From Lingula anatina (lineage: Eukaryota; Animalia; Brachiopoda), in NCBI GenBank assembly GCA_051362555.1, contig CM120640.1:9982001-10046000 (forward strand): DNA of 64,000 bases, in the 5' to 3' direction. A program made the position numbers and the translations under genes. The notes under the pieces are model-generated. The model was not told the origin of the DNA and searched no databases. It worked only from the letters and a program-made list of their open reading frames with translations. This document shows, piece after piece, positions 13,201-22,800 of this stretch (position 1 is the stretch's first letter; each line of letters opens with the position of its first letter).

Positions 13201-16200
13201 CACACATTTTTTAAATTTCAGTATTGCCATACATAATATTTGTGGAAACATATAAGTGGGGCAATTGATATTTATATGAAAAAGTCAAAACTTAATTATC
13301 AGGAAATTGCAGGTACAATATCTACATTTAAGAACTGTCCCAAATATCTAAATATTCCAGCAAAGCTACCTACCTTTCCCAATTCAGGCCTTAAAAATGA
13401 TAAAACCACTGAAATAAAAGAAGCTGATGTGGCTATAACCTTTTGAAATATTCAGGAAGACATGGCAGTCTAAATCAAATGAGACCTGTATCATTTAATT
13501 TAAATGGTATAAAATGTTGAATCCAAGTGCAGGATTGGGTTGAGCAATAATTTGCGAGCAAGAAAATTTTTTCAAGGAAAATTTGATTAAGGAGGAAATC
13601 CCTGGTAAGATACCTTTAACCAAGTAGTATAATAAACTAGGCAGCTAAAATGGTCAAACATGCAGAGCAGTCTCAATTAAGAATACATAGATAACAGGTA
13701 ATGGTATTAGTTTTTCATTTTTCATGTTTATAAGCTTAATGTTGATGAATCTAGCAAAGAAAATGAGGGCTTTTACTACATGCTGAATTAAATTTAGCTA
13801 AGCTGATTTTCTAAATGGTAATGTTTTATATTCCTGAAGAATTCTGTAGAAAGTTTGAAGTAAAAATAATTAGGTTGTAATACAGTAAACACATGCTAAA
13901 AATGACAACACATACGCACACAATCACGAATCCATGTACAAGCATGCATTGAAACTGTTAGTGACTTAAAGGTATAATAACTCTTTGTTTCGGCCAAAAA
14001 ATGAATTTTCCTGGAGTAAACAACAATTTTCCCATACTTACCAATGGTTAATAAATCCATTTTTACATTCAAAGTTAGTCCCTGGTTTTTTTTCTAAAAA
14101 GTTTGTTTATAGCCATCAATGGAGGTCACGTGGTCTAAAGACAAGCTCAGATATCAGAATAATAGCTATAACTGCCGTTTTTGTGGTAAAACAGAATATA
14201 TTATATTTCTATGAGTTATTCACAATGTTTTTATTGTGAAATATAGATCTCATACAAAGAGTTATTATCCCTTTCAATAACATTATGAGAAAAACATCCA
14301 CAATGACAGCAAATGCCAATGATGGACAAGTAGACAGATTTTGGCAAAAATCTGAATTTCCAGACACAACAGTGCTAAACCATAAAAAAATGCCCTGATT
14401 CATCTGTGAAGATTGTGTGTCAAACCAAAGAGGAAGCCAAGTAACTTTATCTCTGTGTGACCTGGTGTACCAAGGGGACAGTTGTCATTCTCAAAGCCAG
14501 GACAATACACATTGGTATATTTTTACACACCCAAATATACTTGATGAAAAAGGCACAAGGGGAGCAGGCCTTTAGTGGGTAGGTGGCTGAAAGGAACAGA
14601 ATAGGAAGGCGCAGTTGATACTGGAGTCAAGTTCTCTGATGGGGTTCGCTGTGAATGGTGATTCGAGGGAGCGTAAAGGAAAAGGCAGACCTTTGCTCTG
14701 TCATTGCTCCATTATGGAGTCAGGGGTGATCACATCTTTTCTTCCACACACTGTCAAGCATGAAAACACCGTCATCTAATGGGCAGAGATTTGAAAGAGG
14801 AGTATTTGGTACATCAGACCCAAATAGATAGTGCTGGGTTGGAATGTTTTATGCACTAGAGATTATCAGTGCTTGCCTGACTAAGCCCCAAGTTTGCATC
14901 TTGAAGAAAATCAATCATTTAAAAAAGGAAGCCTGTATAAGAAATTTTGAAATATTAGTAAACATTCACATTTCATCAAGCTGCCCCATAATTCAAATCA
15001 TTTTTAAAGACACATGTAATCAAATTTGAGTGATAATTGTTAGTTTTAATTTGAAAACTTAGAACACATAGATTAGGTTGCTTTTTTTTTTTGGGGGGGG
15101 GGAGATGTAGAATTTATAATTCATCTAAATGTATATATATATTGTCCAGTCCCATAATGAAAAAAGAACTAGTGCCCCTGGGAGACCTTATCTAGGGAGA
15201 TATTGAATCAGACACCCTGGGTTTTATAGCTTATTATCAACTCTCCTGTATATAGCGCACATATTCGTTTCAGCTTTTGTTTTATGCATTTTATAGACAT
15301 GGGTGGAATCATTCAGTCATACTGATAAAAAAAAATCCAATGAAAATATTTTTATCTTGACACAGTTTTATAATGATACCTAGAAATTACAATACTGTAG
15401 GTTTTTTTGGGGGGAAAATATTAGTTTCAGGGCATATAGCATATGGGTAAGATCAATTCAGTAAGTTAATTGACATCACACCATTGACTTTTTCAGCCAG
15501 CCTTTAATGGGACTTGATGCATCAATTGTTAATTTGCACAATATTAAGTCATTCATATTCCATGGGGATGTCATAGGGGAAAACAGCACAAAATGCAACT
15601 AATGGCCATATTAGTTATGGAACAATGCCCCATAGTGTTATTTATTCACATTGGTGGGGCTTTGTCTTTTGAAGCAGCACAGAGTGGCTGATAGTTAAAA
15701 TCAATGGAAAAAGACGCTTAAAAATCAACCCTTCACACAAATGATCCGTATTATTAACTTACTGAGAAAGTGCCCAACCAAAAAGCTATTGGTGGGACAA
15801 ATGAACTTATTTATGCCTTCCTGTATTCAAAATAAGGCTGATATTGAGTCTCTTAGGAATTGAAAACTGCATGCACTTTTGCATATTTGGTTGAGTGATC
15901 AAATTAGCAAGCAATAACAAACAGAAGAGAACAAATGTGTACCAACTATTCTAGCAGCATTGATAGTTGTCACAAAAGTAAATGATTGAGGAACATTTAA
16001 AATATCAATAATTTTCTTGCTAATTCAGTTAATGATAATAATAATAACATTTTATGTCATAAAACTGTTTGGCATATACCAATTTGTATTACTTATAAAA
16101 AAAAACTACAAAGATAATTTTTTTCTCAAACATGATTTATTGTTTTTTAACTGTTATTATCTAATAAGTATTAAAATCATGATGATAGACAGAGATGGGA

Positions 16201-16799
16201 TTTCTTCTCCTTTTGACAGCTTTTCTCCTTTTTATAATGAAAGAGAGTTTAGAATGAAAATTTTATACAGTGGGAAATTAAGGGAAGGAAGAGGGGTTCT
16301 CCTCTTTTAAAACTTTCCTGTTCCAATCAATGATCATTTCGTGTTATATTCCAAACTTTAAACTTTTATGAAAAATTACTTTCAGCCAAGGCATGCACAT
16401 GGACATTTGGTGACTGTGTGCCAGAAAATGGAAACTGTGGCCAAGGAACCAGGATTGGCACCAAATCTGGAGAGGGGTGCCGTGTGAAGCAGAAGACATT
16501 CAGCTGTAGGATACCATGTCCTGGAGAGCCAGAAACAGTGGAACCTCAAGGGAGTAAGTATGCTGAGTATAGGAGTATAGGACAGTCTGAACCTTTTCCT
16601 ATTGAAAAGGCAGGAGATCCATTTTGAACTGACATATAGAACATTTTCAACTGTGCCCAATGTGCCCAATTTACAAGGCAGAAGACTTGTTGAATAAACG
16701 TTTTAACTTTTATAACTTTTGTTTAACAAAACTTGGACAAGTTATCCACACAAGCTCATTTCTTGAAACTGAGCAGAGAGATACCTTCAAGGGACAAGC

Positions 16800-16867
<68 letters not shown>

Positions 16868-19800
16868 CATTTCTTCCTAGCTGGTCTTTTTTTTATAACA
16901 TGCTTCATATGCTGTATGTCTGTGCCTACTCTTTTGCATACCAGAAGTTTCTGAATAAGAGACTGAGGAACAAATTGCCTCTTTCTCTAAAAGTATGTAG
17001 TTGTGCAAGTTGGCATAAAACTGCATTTACTGATATTTAACTCTTAGTGGAAAGCATGTTGCAATGTAGCATTTTGTCAGTCTTGGTACCCTTTTATATT
17101 TAGGTCAGGTACGACCCAACCAGGTATGTTTTGTGAGATTAAATATATTTAATGGTTGCTTTTGATTTTAATGACATTAAATAATGATCTTTTCCTCTTG
17201 TATTATACTAAGTTGGACTTTCTGTCTCTGCTTGATAACAAGAGGATGCACCATGTGCTGCAGCTTAAAAGTTCATAAGTGTTTCAGCGTGCACTGAAAT
17301 ATGATAAGTGACATGGATGAATGTTTCTGTACAGTGGGCCCATGTGAGTGTTCCATGTGTGCTTTGATCAAAAGTTGTTGTGATATCTTAAATGACCTGA
17401 AACATGTTTAAAACAGATATTGTCATATCAAGTCACTGGATAAACCTGCAGACTCTATTAGTGAACTAATTCAAGTCCATTTCCCTTCTTTCTTGTGGTG
17501 AAATCAATATCTATTAGTGCTTGTAAAAAATGTAAATCTGTCAAAATTGATACCCCCCTCCTCTGGAAAATTATTATGAAAAATGTGTCTAATTTTTGTA
17601 AGGATGCCAAACATTTTTGTGAACAATATGGCCCTGTTTTTTGACTCTGAAATCCATTTACGAAGAAATATAAAACAATTCTCATGCAATCAAAATGTAA
17701 ACACTCTTTAGAAATATATCTTATTTATTTATCATGTAATTTATTGATATATTTATTATGTATTTACATGTTATTGTTATTACAGAATGTCGTTACATGA
17801 AGGGCCCTTGGAGTGATTGCAACACCAGTAACAACATGCAGAACAGGACTCTCACCCTGAAGAAGAGTAAAGCAGGTTGTGACCAGGTCAAACTTGAGCA
17901 GAAAAAGTGTAAAAAAGGTTTGTATATTGTTATCCCATCCTGCCGTCTTCATCTTCCTAACTTTACAAGATTTCATAGCAAAATTAATTTTCTGATAAAA
18001 TAATTGGATTTATGTGCTAATTGAAATTGAATTATTTTGCTTAGGATATAGAACAGTTACCTCATTTTGCCAAAAAGTGAACTGAATATAGTGGTAAAAT
18101 CAATATTTTATACAGCTGCCTGTAATTCATCTGAGGAACAATTTTCCAGATCAGCAACTTGGATTAAAGTATTTCTGAAATGAATTTAAGAGATGACGTG
18201 ACACCCAACTCAGTAGTGATTAATGTCTGGGAGTGGTATTTATTTTCTTCATTTTGGGCAGGTTTCCAGATTAAGGATGGTGGTGTAAAAGTGCTGACAC
18301 ATTTATACTTTATGATATAAGTTAAGAAGTGTTTATGTTTGTAGAACAACACACACATGCTCTCCACTGATAATATACATGTCACATGCATCTGTTAACA
18401 GATAAACTTGAACACATGTTTGTGTCTTAAATGTATATTCTTTCTTTGTCATTTGGGATAGGCCAAATAATTGTTGAGTAAAAAGGTATTAAGTATTGAG
18501 TATTAAGGTCCACTGTGATTGACTTTTGTGGGATTTTATCAGTCAGTTTATGAAAGAGCAGTATTCAGTCACGCAGATGGAAGGAACCCATGCAGAAGAT
18601 TGCCTTCTAGGATTTCCACCTTCCATCTGCTAGAAAGAAGTTTGAGCTTCAGGAACAACAAAAGTTCATATTAGGTGTCTCAAAGATATTTGAAAACATA
18701 TCATTTATTGACAGTTAGGTGCTTCCAGTAATGCACTGTAAGATTAAAGCTTTATAGTACATACATTCATGTAGATTTGTAATGGGAATTTAATTGGGGA
18801 CTAATAGTCATGACCACTTTTCTGTAGCCCTTCAAAGCAGTAACTTACTTTTTCACACTATTCTTAGGCAAAAAATACCATGTGTTTTGTTATAGTAACC
18901 CATTGTGGAATTTTTCTGATATGGAAGAAAATGATTCATACATTCTTGTCATAAAGTAATTAGAATATCACGAATTTGAAGATATATATTTTTTTAAAAT
19001 TTGGTCAAGCTGACTGAATATCAAATTTTGACCTTGAAAATGTATTTTGCATGGTTGGAAAATTTTGATATGATTTTTGAGTGGTATACAATCAAATTTT
19101 GATAAACAAGTGGAATATTTACAATTTGTTGACATTGCCGGTAACAGTAATGGTCCATGAATAAAGAGGTAAATTAATTTTTTCTTCTCATTTTGACACT
19201 CCACTTCAAACAGAATGGAAAATACCTGAATAAAAAAATTCTGAATAAATTCAGATTAGTTGCACCTCATGCTCAGACCAGAGAAGAATTTAATCAGCTA
19301 TGTTATATCATAAGAATGAAGTAATTTTTTTCAGTCAACAGCTAATATTGAGCAGAGCATCTTCATCAGGGAATGTTTTATACAGCTGCCTGTAATTCAT
19401 CTGAGGAAAAATTTTCCAGATCAGCAACTTTGCCCGATGAAGATGTTCTGCTAGACATCGAAATATTGGAGGTATAAAACTTCAATATTAGCTGATGACT
19501 GGAAAAAATTATTTCATTCTTATACTCAGACCAATAATGAAGTATTATCCTTCTCTTTACAGAGTGCAAGTACACCAAGGGGGAGTGGGGCAATTGTGAT
19601 CCTGCCACTAACATGATGACAAGGGTTAAACAGCTCAAGAAAGGAAACAGTACCAGGTGCAATGCCACCATCACCCAAACTAAACCTTGCAAGAAAAACA
19701 AAATGGGTAAGTGTAAATAAATACTTAGCAATAATTAATATAACCTTTAGTTTGTAGTCATTGAGTAACAAATGCTTTTACATGAAAATTATTTAGCCAA

Positions 19801-22800
19801 ATGCTTAATTTAGCCCTAGTCACATTTATGTATTTGGAAATAATGTTCTGAATTAAGAATCTTATACACTTAACTTGCCATGAAATAAACTTAGCTACAA
19901 CATGTACTTGCTGAACACTTCTGATTTTTCATAGAAAAAAAAACTGAATTCATTCACTGCCCTTACAACATTTAAGTACTCTGTTTGCAGTACAAAAAGT
20001 ACATAAATATGTTGAAAGATGTTGTCCCTTTTCACATTGTGTGGTACACTTATATGCGTCACAATGTTTTAAGAGACTGACAACTTATTGAACTAGCTGT
20101 TATGTAAAAAAAGTCATTGAAATGGAGCCCCCCTCCCCTCAACAAGTTAAATAAATTAATTTTGATTTGTTGAAACATTTGAAAATGAACTTGTGAAAAG
20201 GACCAAAAACACATATTGTAATACAGATAAGTTAAAGGCATTTCAGACAAGTATACTGCACACACGCACGCACGCACGCACGCACGATGTGAAAAAGGCC
20301 ATTGTTGTAAAGTACTAATTCAAGCCATGTTATATTTTTGGCCTGTGATGTCTGGAGGACTTTGTCATGACAGAATGATAAATGGCTGAGAACCTGTGCC
20401 AGCAGACTCCTTGAAAGTAAAACCAAAATACTTTGCTAGTCAGGCATCTGCTTAGTGTAGTGACTGGGGGACTGATTTATTGCTTTGCACTTTTTTTTTA
20501 GCCAAACCAGATGACTATGAATTTGTAATAAATTATGGTTTAATGTGAAAGATGAATGAAAAAGGAGCAGGGGATGATAAAAATATAGCTAATTCACCTG
20601 CATAAAAGTAAATTTCAGATATCATCTACGTGCTAGATAATACATATCATCATTTTTCCCAAAACTGTCTTTTCACCAAACCCCTGATTAGACATTTTCA
20701 TTGTGTCATTGCAATAACTAGAGAATTCTCAATAAAATGTCCTTTTTCTTTCCTCAAAAGAAATCATTTGAAATATTTCTGAAACCTATTTTTAGCATTT
20801 AATTCTAGCAGCTGTTTCTGGTATTTAGTAGGCAGTAAAGTATATAATATTCATACTGGCAAACTTAAGACACATTCAACTTCTATGAAAATCTGTCTAA
20901 AGGCCAACTCATATGATTTACACATATTTAAGGGTTCAGCACACTTTAAGCTTTGGCATAGCATCTGGAATAATTTGTTAGCTGCAGGAAGTTTCTGATT
21001 CATTTTACTGATAAAATAATTTTTTCTCTCTGGCCATTTATGCTTGCTATTTGTTTACTGGGAAATCGATGTTTGTGTTTTGTAATCCAGCATAATGAAA
21101 CAATCATTATGAATGTTTTACTGTTCAATTTCTTTTTATAAAGTATATTATCAAATAAAATTTAACATTTTAGATTATTAATTGAAATATTTAACATGTA
21201 TAAAAATATACAAAATTTAAGAAAAATTGAAAAAAATGTGAAAAATAAGACTCCTTTTAACTGACAAAAAGATGGGTTCCACTAAACCCACATCTATTAG
21301 TTTTTTTGCATATCAGTTAGTTAACTTGCTTTATGAAAAACATGTGAAAACAAAATTTCTGACCATTGAAGTCCAGATGCCTGTATGCAGTCATTTTGTG
21401 TGGTGCATGGTCGTTTGACAGGTGACTAATTTGGAAACAATTTCTTGAACTTTAAATAGTGGGCATCTTCTTCTACAAGACACTAGAAATCTAATTAACA
21501 TTTTCTAAATCTCAAGTCTAATTTGACATTCTTCCTTTTTTATATTAAATTTTATTGATTTAAAAAGGTGTTAATGCACAAGATATATTTATTTATAGCA
21601 TATACATGTATTAGCTTTTAATTAATTAATTTTCCTACAGATATGTAAGAAAATACATATTTAAATGCATGTAGACATAATAAACAGATAACAAACTGCC
21701 AAGTTACCTTTGTATCCATCACATCAAGTTATATATTTGTACATCTCTGTATATTTGCTTGATTTACTGTTCAGTTTACTGTAATGATGTAGTTGGCTTT
21801 TAGGTGTGCCATGGCTTGTCTCGTATGTCAGTAGGTCCTAGAGCTCTGTTTTATTTCTGTTGCCTGTTCTGTGTTCCATGTAACACCCCATTTACTTGTC
21901 AAATCAAAAACAACAAGCAATAAAAAAGTAAGTGCAGGTTATGACTAGAACCACACTCAAAAAAGTTTTCATGTGGTGATTATGTTACAATCCAGGTACC
22001 ATGTCTGTTTATGGGAGGTGAGGCATTTCTCTTGAACTTACTGTCCTAAAACAGAGCTCTGGGAAAAGTTTTGGGGTCTGATTAGTGTTTGCTGCCTGTG
22101 TGAACTGACTGCACTCAAAAAAGGACGGGGGCTATGGAAAAAATCTGAATATTTGTTTAAGATTTGTGTTTGCAAAATTGGCATTGCTATATCTACTGGT
22201 ACTATGTGCCTCCTTTTAAATTTTTTTAAGTGTAGACATTACAGTCATTCACAGGCCTAATAAATGGACTCGACATTTTCTAACTCGAGCCTCAGATCAG
22301 TGAGTACAAATGCCCAAATTAACGGCTACAACCACAAATAAACCACCCCAACATAAAATTACTTGCCAAAAGCACAACATTTCATTACACAAATCATTTA
22401 ATATTATCTGCTTATCTGCTCATTCTGTACGTTCCTTATGAGCTGAAGATTGTCGAGAATGTATTGTTGCTGTATAAAGAGAACCCATAGGGGGCCTAGG
22501 TATACAGCCAGGGACCTAGATGGAAGCTGGCAAAATCGTTTGTGTAATGAAATGTTAAGCATGTGGCAAGTATTTCTACATTGGGGTATATAATTTTTGG
22601 CTAGAGTTATTAATTTGTGCATTTGTGCTCCCAAATCTGAGACTCATGTTAGAAAATGGCAATATCTTTGAGGCTTGATTCAGGACAGTGAAACTGAGAC
22701 AAAAGTATTTATAAATTCTGTAAAGGTTTTCTCAGTGCTGATGCTGTCAGTAGTAAAAAGAATTAAAGCCAATGCAATCTGGAGGACTTGAAAAGGTACA

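Noticed and set aside
14460-14800. GC-richer intronic block, possible extra exon or enhancer
   Set aside because: No in-phase exon with a Cys pattern and no clear structure; a regulatory role cannot be supported from sequence alone.
16660-17040. ORFs with YIYIYI runs (also 45053-45443)
   Set aside because: Translations of (AT)n microsatellites.
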